A stretch of DNA of 64,000 nucleotides from an uncultured virus (IMG/VR IMGVR_UViG_3300046718_001244). Its lineage: Duplodnaviria > Heunggongvirae > Uroviricota > Caudoviricetes. Under the pieces are notes generated by a model. It was not told the DNA's origin and did no database searches. It saw nothing but the letters and a program-made list of their open reading frames with translations. The DNA lies in IMG/VR virus record IMGVR_UViG_3300046718_001244. One strand, written 5' to 3'. Positions 49,930-59,299 of this stretch are shown piece by piece. Numbering within the stretch: the stretch's first letter is position 1; the number at the start of each line of letters is the position of its first letter. The position numbers and the translations under genes are program-made.

Positions 49930-52635
49930 TTACAGGACGACGTAGTTCACGACCGAGGTATCGGCGACGTTGGTGCCTGCCAGCGAGAATCCGGTCGCGG
50001 GCGTCTTGGTCACAGTCACCGGAGACGGTGTGCCTCCTGGCGTCGTCAGTTCCACCAGAATGTCATCGCTGCTCTGCAGGTCGGGCCACGCCACCGCTTG
50101 TGCGGCCAGTCCGTTGAGCGTCACGGCGAGCGTGCCCGAGACCGAGCTCCGGTTCCAGTGAGCCCCTGCGTTGACGTTCCAGGTCGGCCCCGTCATCGCA
50201 TCCATGTGCACGTTCTTGCCGATGCGCACGGTGCACCCAGCCCCCGCATTGGCCCCGATGCTCCCGGCCACGCTCGCTCCGTCGACCGTGACGTTGTCGA
50301 ACGAGACGGTGCTTGTCCCGAGCGCGAGGAAGCCTTCGCACGCCGTCGTGGCAGTGACGTGCACGCCCACGCAAGAGACCCTCGCCGTGTTCGAGCTCGA
50401 CACGGCCGGCACGAAGCCCGCCGAGTTGACGGTGATGCGCAGGTTCTTGGCGAAGACGCGCGATGTGCCCGTCCCGGCCACGCCCGCGGTGCCGCCGGCG
50501 TTGCCGTTGACGATGAGTTGCGCCCCATTGAGCGTGACGACCCCCGCCGAGGCGATGACCGTGCCGTTCGGGCAGCCGCCGCTCGAGACGATGTTCGAGA
50601 GGGTCGCATCGTCGGCCGCGGCCACGCCGGTCGTGCCGTTGCCGCTCACGTCGAGGCCGCTCACCACGGTGCGCTTGCTGCCCGCAGAGATGACAAGCCC
50701 TGCGTTGGTGTTGTTTCCCGCAAAGCACGAGGTGATCCGTACCCCCGTGGGGGCTCCGAGCGGGAGCGTGTTGTCGAGAAGGATCCCGTTTCCGTTGTAC
50801 GGGAAGAACGAGTCGGTCACCGAGACGTTGCTCGCTCCGTCTCCGATGACGAGGCCGTCGCCGCACCCGTAGCAGAAGCACGATTCGATGACGTTGCCCT
50901 CGGTCGTGGCGGCGCCGTTCACGCCGCCATCGCTCGACACGAGGATGCCGGCGCCGGTGCACGCGTACCCGGTGAAGTCGCGGAGCACGTTGCCTGCGGC
51001 GTCGTTGTAGGCCACGCCGTTGCCGGTCGAATTGAAGCCTTGGCACGAGAGGATCTCGTTCTCTTCGCCGATGAGCCAGAAGATCGGAGCGAGGTTATTG
51101 CCCCCGTCGGCCGTCACACGCTCGGCCACGTTGCGCAGGCTGAACGTGTCCATGATGAGACCCGAGCCGCCGGCCGGCATCGTGGTCCCGTCGAGCACGA
51201 GGTCCTCGACCGTGCATCGGTAGCACCCCTGCATCTCCACGAACTGCGAGCACGAGCCCGTCAGCTTCATGCCGCCGCCGAGGATCTTGACGTTCTGGAT
51301 GAGCGTCGTCACCAGGTTGAGGTTCGCGGTCGCCACGTGGCCCTGGTAGAGGACGGGCCGATCCACCGTGAGCGTGAAGGGTCCGAGGCCCGCGACGTTC
51401 TTGATCGTGTACGTGTTGCCGTGCAGGTGAGCGGCGCCCACCTCGAACTGAAACTGCTGGCCGATGGCCCAGCCCCCGCCTGGCGCGGTCGCGGCCGATA
51501 GAGTCTTGGTCCCAAGGACATTGTCGACCGAGAGCGCGATCGTCGTCCCCGCCGTGGCGCTCACCATCTGAAAGACGGAGTCGGTGATGCCGCCGTTCGG
51601 CAGGTTCGCCGTCACCGTCACGTTCTGGCTTCCGTAGATCGTGAGGTTACTCGGCATCGCCAGCGCGGACTGGCAGGACCAGGCTCCGCCGGCCATCACG
51701 AGCGCGGTGCCCGTCAGAGCGCACGCAGGCGCGATGTTCGAGAGCAGGCGCGGCCAGTCGTCCGCTCCGCCACCGAGCGGGTCGACGATGACCGATCCGC
51801 CTACGGTGCCGCCGAGCCGACGGATGACTTCACCGCTCGTCGCCAGCGCGTGGCCGCCATCGAGGCCGGAGTTGCTGTCGAGTCCTCCGCCGGCGACGAC
51901 CCACGTGACCTGCTTCTGCGCGGAGAGGCTTGTCCCGCTGGTGACGACGCTGACCTTCCACTGCGTCGTCGACTTGTCGTACTTGTACCGGACGACGAGC
52001 GCCTCATAAGGCAGGTACGAGGAGGCGCCGAAGTTGCCCGGCCCAAGGGCACCCCCCACGAACTCCACCGTCGTGCCCGCGCCGGCGTTGACGAGGATCG
52101 GAGAGACCATGGTGCCCGTCGCGCGGATGAGGATCTCGAAGCCGTCCGCGTTCGCCATCGCGGCGGCGGTCGGCAGGTTGAGGACCGTCTGACCGCCCGA
52201 CGCGTCGCAGGAGAGGTTGGGTCGTGCGAAGGCCACGGCCAGGGTCGTCCCGGCGGCGACGTCGGTCCACGGGAGAAGCGACTGCGGCGAGCCCGCGGTC
52301 GCGATCGATCCGAAGTACGTCGTCCCGTCGAAGTAAAAGTTGACGAGCGTCACCTGCCCCGGGCCCGAGAGAAGGATCGGGGGTGTGCCGCCGATCCACG
52401 AGACGGAACCCGGCCAGACGACGCTTCGGCCGCCCGTGCCATCCTGGGTGAGCACGAGCGCGAGGTTGCAGCCGCCGGGCGGATTGACGAAGGTCGGCGT
52501 CACCGTCGCCGCGTTGAGCGTCATGGCCTGGACCGACCCCTTGGTCCAGTCGACCGCCGGCGCCGCGCCCGAGTTTCCTTTGACGAACTCCGGGAAGAAC
52601 GAGAGAAGCCTCTGCCAGACGACGTTCGCGCTCAT
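49930..52635 (-). CDS. Large spike with right-handed beta-helix (receptor-binding/depolymerase-like)
   Basis: About 900 aa; GILV/GLVI/NVSV beta-helix repeats; QDGTGGR.V.WP domain at N-terminus. Confidence 0.75.
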   Translation of the reverse strand: MSANVVWQRLLSFFPEFVKGNSGAAPAVDWTKGSVQAMTLNAATVTPTFVNPPGGCNLALVLTQDGTGGRSVVWPGSVSWIGGTPPILLSGPGQVTLVNFYFDGTTYFGSIATAGSPQSLLPWTDVAAGTTLAVAFARPNLSCDASGGQTVLNLPTAAAMANADGFEILIRATGTMVSPILVNAGAGTTVEFVGGALGPGNFGASSYLPYEALVVRYKYDKSTTQWKVSVVTSGTSLSAQKQVTWVVAGGGLDSNSGLDGGHALATSGEVIRRLGGTVGGSVIVDPLGGGADDWPRLLSNIAPACALTGTALVMAGGAWSCQSALAMPSNLTIYGSQNVTVTANLPNGGITDSVFQMVSATAGTTIALSVDNVLGTKTLSAATAPGGGWAIGQQFQFEVGAAHLHGNTYTIKNVAGLGPFTLTVDRPVLYQGHVATANLNLVTTLIQNVKILGGGMKLTGSCSQFVEMQGCYRCTVEDLVLDGTTMPAGGSGLIMDTFSLRNVAERVTADGGNNLAPIFWLIGEENEILSCQGFNSTGNGVAYNDAAGNVLRDFTGYACTGAGILVSSDGGVNGAATTEGNVIESCFCYGCGDGLVIGDGASNVSVTDSFFPYNGNGILLDNTLPLGAPTGVRITSCFAGNNTNAGLVISAGSKRTVVSGLDVSGNGTTGVAAADDATLSNIVSSGGCPNGTVIASAGVVTLNGAQLIVNGNAGGTAGVAGTGTSRVFAKNLRITVNSAGFVPAVSSSNTARVSCVGVHVTATTACEGFLALGTSTVSFDNVTVDGASVAGSIGANAGAGCTVRIGKNVHMDAMTGPTWNVNAGAHWNRSSVSGTLAVTLNGLAAQAVAWPDLQSSDDILVELTTPGGTPSPVTVTKTPATGFSLAGTNVADTSVVNYVVL

Positions 52636-52652
52636 GGTGTTCTTCTCTCGCC

Positions 52653-53087
52653 TTACGGCTGCGGGGTTTCGACGTAGCGCACGATGCAGAAACCGGCACC
52701 GGCGACCGGTCCTCCGAACACCGTGACCGTCACCTTCGAGCCCACGACGCCCCACCCCGTGCTCTGGGGAGCAGCATAGAGGCCTGCGGAGGTCGGGACG
52801 CTGTCGGTCGTCGCCATCAGAAGCGCAAGGGACGTCGCGCTGCCGACCTCGATCGTCGTGCCGGGGCTGTAGGGCGTCGTCCCGGGGCTCTGGGTGTCGA
52901 TCGCGGCGTAGACGACGTCGGCGTTCGCGGGGATCGCCGTGGCCGACGTCTGGGTGGCGCCGGTGCCAATCGCGAACCGGACCTCGGTGACCGCGGCCTC
53001 CCCTCCGCCGCTCGGGGAGGCTCCGCCGCCGACGAGGTTCTCGAGACGCTTGAGACGGCGTTTCGTGCTGAGGCTCTGCTCATCCAT
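52653..53087 (-). CDS. Small virion beta protein
   Basis: MDEQSLSTKRRLKRLE shared with 38737-39990. Confidence 0.65.
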   Translation of the reverse strand: MDEQSLSTKRRLKRLENLVGGGASPSGGGEAAVTEVRFAIGTGATQTSATAIPANADVVYAAIDTQSPGTTPYSPGTTIEVGSATSLALLMATTDSVPTSAGLYAAPQSTGWGVVGSKVTVTVFGGPVAGAGFCIVRYVETPQP

Positions 53088-53598
53088 GGCTCACCCGCGC
53101 TCCCATCGATCGGATCGCGTCCGCGATCCTCTCCCTCTGAACGTACCCCACAACCCCCGCCGTTACGACAAGCGCCGTGCCAAGGACCCAGGGCCAGGTG
53201 CTCGGAGGGCGGCGGATGGGAATGGCTCCGGCCCACGGAGCTTCGGGAAGAGCGCTCTCGCCTGCGCTTCCTTGGAGCACCCACGCTCCGGAGAGCGTGT
53301 AGATGTTCGGGGCGACGATGACGATGCTCTTCGACCAGGAGAGCGTTCCCGTGAAGGAGGCGTCTTTCACGACCGCCGCGATCTGCTTGCGATCGGTGTC
53401 CGGGTCCTTCGGAGGACCTCCGCTCTCGCCTTGCTCGAAGTAGCTGAGGATCGAGAGGCCCGGGAAGTACTTCGCGAGCGCGCCGTCGATCTTCGCTCGT
53501 GTCGTGGAAGAAGAGACGCTCGCGACGACCGCGTAGGTTGATCCAGGAGAGAGGGGGACGTCCTCTCCGCCCGGGAGCGCCTTCCACGAGGCGGTCAC
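53080..53598 (-). CDS. Membrane protein
   Basis: C-terminal TM WPWVLGTALVVTAGVVGY. Confidence 0.65.
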   Translation of the reverse strand: MTASWKALPGGEDVPLSPGSTYAVVASVSSSTTRAKIDGALAKYFPGLSILSYFEQGESGGPPKDPDTDRKQIAAVVKDASFTGTLSWSKSIVIVAPNIYTLSGAWVLQGSAGESALPEAPWAGAIPIRRPPSTWPWVLGTALVVTAGVVGYVQRERIADAIRSMGARVSHG

Positions 53599-54809
53599 TT
53601 GCCGATGAGGCCCTTGGCCCCCTCGAGAGCGCCGTCGAAGATCTTGCCCCAGAAGTAGCCGATGCCCTGCTGCGTCAGAAACGCGTAGAGCGATCCGCCG
53701 GCGGCCGCCGCGAGAACGGCGCTCCCTCCGACGACGACGGCCTTGCCTCCGATGGGAAGGGCGTTGAAGTTGGCGGTGAGTGCGGCGAGGGCAGTCGGGG
53801 GTGGGGCGGGGGGGCCGAGGTGGAAGTCGAGGTGCTTTTTTCCCGGGGGCGGCGGAGGTACGAAGGCGCCGGAGTTGACGAGGACGATCCGCGGCGAGGT
53901 GAAGTCCATGCCGGCGGGCGCGGGCGGCACGGTGAAGGCCGCCCAGTCCTGCGCCTCGTTGAGGTTCGAGGGGGGGTTACTCTGGTAGTACCCATCGCTC
54001 ACGATCTTCTGGACGGGTCCGAAGCCGTAATAGACGTTGGGGTCCTTGCCCGCCTTGGCCGCGGGCGTCGTGCCGCTCTCTTGACCCCAGAGGCCGAGGA
54101 CGTCCGGCGTGACCGATCCGTCGAGCTCCGCGATCGGCGGGATGAAGTAGCCGATGGGAGGTCCTGCGTGGACGGCGTTCCAGACGGCGACGACCGCATC
54201 GACGATGGATCCAGGGGGCATGCCGCCCTTGCAGTTGCCCGCCTGGGCGGCGTACGTCGCGATCGCGGGGACCGCGAGCGACGCGAACGACCCCGTCGGC
54301 ATAGAAGGGAGCTGCGACGCATTGCTCGTGAGCAGTTGCGCCGTGGTGAACGGCCCGCCGGTCGTCTTGCACGGCGGGGCCCCGCAGGGGGTGCCCATGC
54401 CTATGGACGCGAAGGCGTTGGTGACCGGGCACGCGATCTGGTTCCCCACGAGCCAGAGGGCCTCGATCGCCCCCGCGAGGATCGGCCCCGCGCCGGGGAT
54501 GAGAGCCGCTCCGCCCGCGATGGCGTGGATGAGGTTCGCGCTGTCGGCGGCGCTGTTGGGGTCGTAGCCGTGCTGGATCAGCGTCGCGGCCGACTGGGCG
54601 CCCTGGGAAACTCTGGCGTTGTTCGTGTCGACGCCGGTCTCGGAGGCGATCGTCTGCTGCACGCTCGCGCTCTGCGCGGAGAGCCGAGCCTGCAAATCCG
54701 CCGAGAACTGCGACGTCGTCAGCGGTCCGCCAAGACCCGTGCCGAGCCCGAGAGGACGGTGGATCCTCGGCGGAGCGCGCAGGGCGCGGCGAATCGGCGA
54801 GGCGTACAT
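53595..54809 (-). CDS. Membrane-anchored virion-type protein
   Basis: Basic leader, GLGTGLGG, C-terminal TM. Confidence 0.65.
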   Translation of the reverse strand: MYASPIRRALRAPPRIHRPLGLGTGLGGPLTTSQFSADLQARLSAQSASVQQTIASETGVDTNNARVSQGAQSAATLIQHGYDPNSAADSANLIHAIAGGAALIPGAGPILAGAIEALWLVGNQIACPVTNAFASIGMGTPCGAPPCKTTGGPFTTAQLLTSNASQLPSMPTGSFASLAVPAIATYAAQAGNCKGGMPPGSIVDAVVAVWNAVHAGPPIGYFIPPIAELDGSVTPDVLGLWGQESGTTPAAKAGKDPNVYYGFGPVQKIVSDGYYQSNPPSNLNEAQDWAAFTVPPAPAGMDFTSPRIVLVNSGAFVPPPPPGKKHLDFHLGPPAPPPTALAALTANFNALPIGGKAVVVGGSAVLAAAAGGSLYAFLTQQGIGYFWGKIFDGALEGAKGLIGK

Positions 54810-54831
54810 CCACCTCGTATCCTACCCGAGA

Positions 54832-56340
54832 CTAGCCGGCGGGGAAGCCTCGCTTGGGCGGAGGGGGAGGGGAGGGATCCGGACGCGGCTGGTTCGGGCT
54901 CTGGGGCGCTTCGCCGACGCCTTGGGCGCCTGGCCTCGGGGTGCCGTCGACCGCGCTTCGCGGGGTCTTTCCGACGACCTGGGTGCCGTTCGGGAGGGTA
55001 ATTTTCGAGAGGAAGTCCTTCGCGCCGTCGCCGAGCTTGTCGACGACCTTCAAGCCCGCCTCCATGACGATCGGGTTTCCGAGGAGGATCCCCTTGAGGC
55101 TCATCTCGCCCTCGTCGTCGGTCGCGTACATCACCGGTCGTCCATCCGGCCAGCGCGATCCCACGTCGGTCATGCGGAAGGGCGGCGGAGGGATCGGCTC
55201 GGCGACCTCGGGCTCGGGAGGCTCGATGGGCTCAGGGGGCTCCGGCGGAGGCGCGCCGACGCCGGCGATGGCCGTGCGCATCTGATCCCTGACCACCTTG
55301 CCCACGGCTCCCGCGGCTTCTCTCAGGACCCCCGTCAGCATCGACTCCATCTCGGTGACGAGAGGATTCGGGGGGGCGGTGTTGGGGGAGGCAGGAGCGG
55401 GCGGGGGAACACCGGGGACGGCGCCGAGTTCCTTGAAGGCCCGGACGATTCCCTTGGCGACCATGTCCTCGACGCTGCCGAGGCCGGGGGAGGTCGAAGC
55501 TGCGGTGGGCGCGGGCGCGGCGGCGGTGGGGAGAGGGGCCGGGGGAAGTCCCGCGGCCGCTCGTCGCTCCTGGCGCTCTTCGCGGAAGATGGCGAGCACC
55601 TCGGCGAGCGCACCTTCGGTCTGCGCCATCCGACCCATCAGCGCGTCGACATCGGGGTTGCGGGAGCCCTGGGGCAAGGGGGCGGCCTGCGGGTAGGCGG
55701 GCTGCGCGTAGCCGAGGCCCGAGGGCACCGGGCGATACGCGGGCGGAGGACCTTCCTGCCTCACCTCTCCCACACCGGAGAGTCGATCGATCTCGGCGGG
55801 GGATCCCAAGTAGAGCTTGCGGTTCTTGGACATCCAGGAGCCGTTCAAGCGATGTACGAAGTTGACTTCGTAGGTCTTGTCGGTCGTCGCGTACCGTCGG
55901 TGGATCCGATCGGTGATGAGCGCCTGGAGCATGTCGCCGGGGCTCGCGTCGGGCGCGAGCAGCTCGGAGAAGCTCACCTTGCCGAGCATGCGGTAGGGTG
56001 ATCCATCGAGAGGGAAGACCTGCGCGTCGATGCCGTGGATGTCTCCGAGCCCCTGAAACTTCCGAAACCTCCGCGCGATCTCGTTCGCGGTCTCCGCGGC
56101 GAGGTTGCTCGGCCAGGGCGCATTCGGGTTGTCCTCGTCGGGAGGAGGAGCGGCGCCGATGCCGACGTTCTTGCGGGTCTTCGGGCGCTCGATCGGGGGC
56201 TGCCGATTGGGGCTCGGGCCGGGCGCAGGGGGCGCCTCCGGCTCTTCGGCCGCGTCGTCTCCCCCGCTCGACTCCTCGAGCGATCCGATCGCCTTGCCCA
56301 CGTCGTCGTCGCTCTTGTCAGCCATGCTGGATTTGCTCAT
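54832..56340 (-). CDS. Proline-rich polyprotein-like structural-module protein
   Basis: About 500 aa, segments separated by seven G[LVI]G motifs. Confidence 0.65.
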   Translation of the reverse strand: MSKSSMADKSDDDVGKAIGSLEESSGGDDAAEEPEAPPAPGPSPNRQPPIERPKTRKNVGIGAAPPPDEDNPNAPWPSNLAAETANEIARRFRKFQGLGDIHGIDAQVFPLDGSPYRMLGKVSFSELLAPDASPGDMLQALITDRIHRRYATTDKTYEVNFVHRLNGSWMSKNRKLYLGSPAEIDRLSGVGEVRQEGPPPAYRPVPSGLGYAQPAYPQAAPLPQGSRNPDVDALMGRMAQTEGALAEVLAIFREERQERRAAAGLPPAPLPTAAAPAPTAASTSPGLGSVEDMVAKGIVRAFKELGAVPGVPPPAPASPNTAPPNPLVTEMESMLTGVLREAAGAVGKVVRDQMRTAIAGVGAPPPEPPEPIEPPEPEVAEPIPPPPFRMTDVGSRWPDGRPVMYATDDEGEMSLKGILLGNPIVMEAGLKVVDKLGDGAKDFLSKITLPNGTQVVGKTPRSAVDGTPRPGAQGVGEAPQSPNQPRPDPSPPPPPKRGFPAG

Positions 56341-57617
56341 GCCACCGTCTCGGAGACTTCGGTGAGAACGACGTTCTGGATGGCGGTCTTCATCAGGTTG
56401 CCGAAGCAGTCGAGGACCGCGGCGAGAAGGGCCGGACCTCCGCGGTTTTCGGCCACGAGAAAGAGGTTCTCGAAGTAGGACCTCTCGGAGAGGACGGGAT
56501 CGGTGTAGGCCGACCCTCGGTTGAGGAGGTCGACGCGCGAGAGGCCGAAGCGGCTCGTGGCGCCCCCGATGACAGGTCCCACCGTCGCGGAGGCTCCTGA
56601 CCCGCCTCCGGTCGGATCGAAGATGACGAGGGATCCATCTCCGGGGATCTCCGTGTAACCGTCTCCTCCATCGACGAGGGTCACCGTCAAGGCGCCTTCC
56701 TCGCCAATCGAGATCCCGAAGGTCGCGGGCTTCCCGCGGAGCATGTTGGCGCCGAGCTTCGCGCCAAACTTCTTCGTGTCCCGTGAGGGATCCCTCGCCA
56801 CGACCTTCGGCGTCACGATGTACTGACCGGGATCGGTGAGGATCACCTTCGTAATCCGGCCCATCGCGTCGAAGGTCGCGTGCGCCTTGGCCACTCGTCC
56901 CCCGACGGGCTCGGCGTCGAGGAAGGCGATGACCGTCGTCGACGGGTTGTAGCCGATGCCCGGATCGAGGATCGCGACGTCGCCGAAGGTCGCGAGCTCG
57001 TTTGCGACGTTGGTCGGAGGATCGGAGATCCTCGTACCCACACCATCCGATCCGCGAAAGACGAGCGGGGCCCCCGGTTGCATCAGGGGATTCAGGGGAT
57101 CGGGGAGCTGCACGTCGGTGGCGGTTCCCTTCGGGAATCCGCCGATGAGGTTCACGGTGGTCTCGCTCGAATAGCCGCCTCCGTGCGCCGTGGTGGTGAC
57201 GCCGATGATCTCCATGTAGGAGGCGAGCTTCGCGCCTCGTCCCGGAGGGCTGACGACGTCCGGAGGGCCATTGAGCCACTCGGCGAGGGTCTGACCGGAG
57301 GGATCGAAGACGAGGAAGGAAGGAGGCTTGATGAGGCCCGACCCTGCATGGGTCACCGTGGTGCTGAGGATCGGGCTCGCGTCTTGCCCGGGGGCCAAGG
57401 CGGCCGTTGCTGTAGGAGGATCGGGCGAGTTGATGCGGAGCACGATCGTCCGGGTCGCAGGAGGACCCGCTGCAGGGGTGTCCGAGACGACGTAGACCCC
57501 GAGGTCGAAGAGGGTCCGGAGCGGCAGAGGGACCGCCGCGAGCGCCGCGGCGATGTTGGCCGGGGTCTGCCCCTTGACAGGGACGGTGTAGGTGACGGTG
57601 ACGAGAGGCAGCGCCAT
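56337..57617 (-). CDS. Beta-repeat structural protein
   Basis: Six I..xGxGY..P-type repeats. Confidence 0.65.
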   Translation of the reverse strand: MALPLVTVTYTVPVKGQTPANIAAALAAVPLPLRTLFDLGVYVVSDTPAAGPPATRTIVLRINSPDPPTATAALAPGQDASPILSTTVTHAGSGLIKPPSFLVFDPSGQTLAEWLNGPPDVVSPPGRGAKLASYMEIIGVTTTAHGGGYSSETTVNLIGGFPKGTATDVQLPDPLNPLMQPGAPLVFRGSDGVGTRISDPPTNVANELATFGDVAILDPGIGYNPSTTVIAFLDAEPVGGRVAKAHATFDAMGRITKVILTDPGQYIVTPKVVARDPSRDTKKFGAKLGANMLRGKPATFGISIGEEGALTVTLVDGGDGYTEIPGDGSLVIFDPTGGGSGASATVGPVIGGATSRFGLSRVDLLNRGSAYTDPVLSERSYFENLFLVAENRGGPALLAAVLDCFGNLMKTAIQNVVLTEVSETVA

Positions 57618-57627
57618 GAGACCGAGT

Positions 57628-58242
57628 CTACTGCACTCCGGGGGTCGGTGCTCCGGTGGGTGACGGAGGGGTCTCGGGCTCGTCGGGCTCCTCCTCCTCC
57701 TCCTCTTCGTCTTCGTCGGCGTACTCGCCGCTCTCGATCGACTCGGCCAGTTGCTCAGGGGTGAGCCGGTCGGCCTCGAGCACCGAGTCGGCCGTCTTCT
57801 CGCGGAGGTATTCCGCGATGAGGATCCTCTCTCGGTCGATGGGGCGCATGTCGTAGGCGAGCAGGCTCCAGTCGGCCGCCATCGCGGTGATGAAGGCCTC
57901 GGCGTTCATCATCTCGACGAAGTAGACCGGGCCCTTCTTCGAGAGGTGCACGCACCGGGGCATCGCCTCGGCGGGGGTCTTCGGGGTGCTGCCGGGCAGC
58001 GTGTACACCCGGAACTCCTCCTCGTCGTGGAAGATCCCGCGGACCTTGTGGGCCGGAAAGAGGACGTCGTCCTCGCCGAGCCGGACGACGAGGGCGTTCG
58101 AGGGATCGCTCGGCCGTCCGTCGGCGGCGGGCGGGCCGTACCAGACGACCTGGTAGCCGACGGGCAGGGTCTCCGGATCGGCCCCGCTCTCCTTGAAGAT
58201 GCGGCGGATGACTTCCTCGGAAGTGAGCGTCTTCGTTGTCAT
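57628..58242 (-). CDS. Hypothetical protein with acidic tail
   Basis: 204 aa, poly-Glu C-terminus. Confidence 0.65.
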   Translation of the reverse strand: MTTKTLTSEEVIRRIFKESGADPETLPVGYQVVWYGPPAADGRPSDPSNALVVRLGEDDVLFPAHKVRGIFHDEEEFRVYTLPGSTPKTPAEAMPRCVHLSKKGPVYFVEMMNAEAFITAMAADWSLLAYDMRPIDRERILIAEYLREKTADSVLEADRLTPEQLAESIESGEYADEDEEEEEEEPDEPETPPSPTGAPTPGVQ

Positions 58243-58291
58243 GGGTGATCCCCTAGTGCGGGATCGATCGCGCTGTCAAAGGATGCGCGGA

Positions 58292-59299
58292 TCAGCCGTG
58301 CGGTGCGTGCGCCACCTTGTGGACCGTGAGCGCCTTGGCGGTTTTGCTCACCCAGGTACATCGGTGGGTGATGTGGCCGTTCTCGCGGAAGCTGTAGTAC
58401 TCGCCCTTCTTCGCGGAAGAAGCGACGATGACGTGGTCCACAAACTTCACCTCGCTATCGAGCGCGCCTTCCTGCACGGCCTTGCAGATCGAGGCGGTGA
58501 GGCGCTTGTCCTCGGGGGAGGGTCGACAGTGACCGCTCGGGTGGACGTGCACGACGAGAAAGCCCATGGCGTTGGTGTGGATCACCGGGCGAAAGATGTC
58601 GCTCTTATTGACAGTGACGCGGTTCATCTGGCCGCGCGCGACTTCGACGGGCTTGCACTGGAGCTGGCCTCGGAGATCGATGGGCAGGACCAGGAAGACC
58701 TCCTGGCTCTCTTTCGATAGGGAAGGTCCGACGATGCGGTAGACGTCGGCGGCCGAGGCGCAGGGTCCCAAGGCTCGGCCTTCCTCGATCTCCTTCGGAT
58801 CTCGGGTGTTTCGGGCGTAAGGGGACACTTCCTTCGCCGCGGCGCTCGCGGGGATCGGCTTCTCGCAGGCGATGATGACCTTGCGGCCTCCGCCTTCGGA
58901 CGCGCGTAGCCTCGTGCGCTCGGCCGTCACCTTGGTGATTCTGGTCGACTCGATCTCGGTCGTGGGCGCATGCGCCGAGGGATCCGGGCAGGGGGACGTG
59001 GGCACGCCCTCGGGGTGAGAATGGCTGCACGGATCTTCCGCGGCGCGTGACGGGTACATGACGTCCGAGAGGTGCTTGCGTGCCGAAGCCATGCCGCCGC
59101 CGAGTGTCGAGCGCGTCGAGACGTGCTCCGGTATGACGTTTCGGCCCATGTACCAGACCTGGACTTCGCCATCCTTCGGAATGAGCTCGTAGTGGCCTCC
59201 GGAAGGAGAGGTCGCGAGCCAGTGGCCGTCGCTCCGCTCGTGCCAGTGGAGCGATCCCGGAACGTCCTGCGCGATCCCTTCTTCGTACGCGTGCAGCAT
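58292..59299 (-). CDS. RadC-like JAB/MPN domain protein with N-terminal extension
   Basis: QEVFLVL...HVHPSG..RPSPED...FVDHVI...YYSFRE. Confidence 0.88.
   Translation of the reverse strand: MLHAYEEGIAQDVPGSLHWHERSDGHWLATSPSGGHYELIPKDGEVQVWYMGRNVIPEHVSTRSTLGGGMASARKHLSDVMYPSRAAEDPCSHSHPEGVPTSPCPDPSAHAPTTEIESTRITKVTAERTRLRASEGGGRKVIIACEKPIPASAAAKEVSPYARNTRDPKEIEEGRALGPCASAADVYRIVGPSLSKESQEVFLVLPIDLRGQLQCKPVEVARGQMNRVTVNKSDIFRPVIHTNAMGFLVVHVHPSGHCRPSPEDKRLTASICKAVQEGALDSEVKFVDHVIVASSAKKGEYYSFRENGHITHRCTWVSKTAKALTVHKVAHAPHG

Noticed and set aside
56337..57617. GxGY repeats resembling myovirus baseplate/sheath insertions as evidence for a tailed phage
   Set aside because: Only the repeat is present; no sheath, tube, baseplate or tape-measure genes recognised. 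Kept as a caveat.
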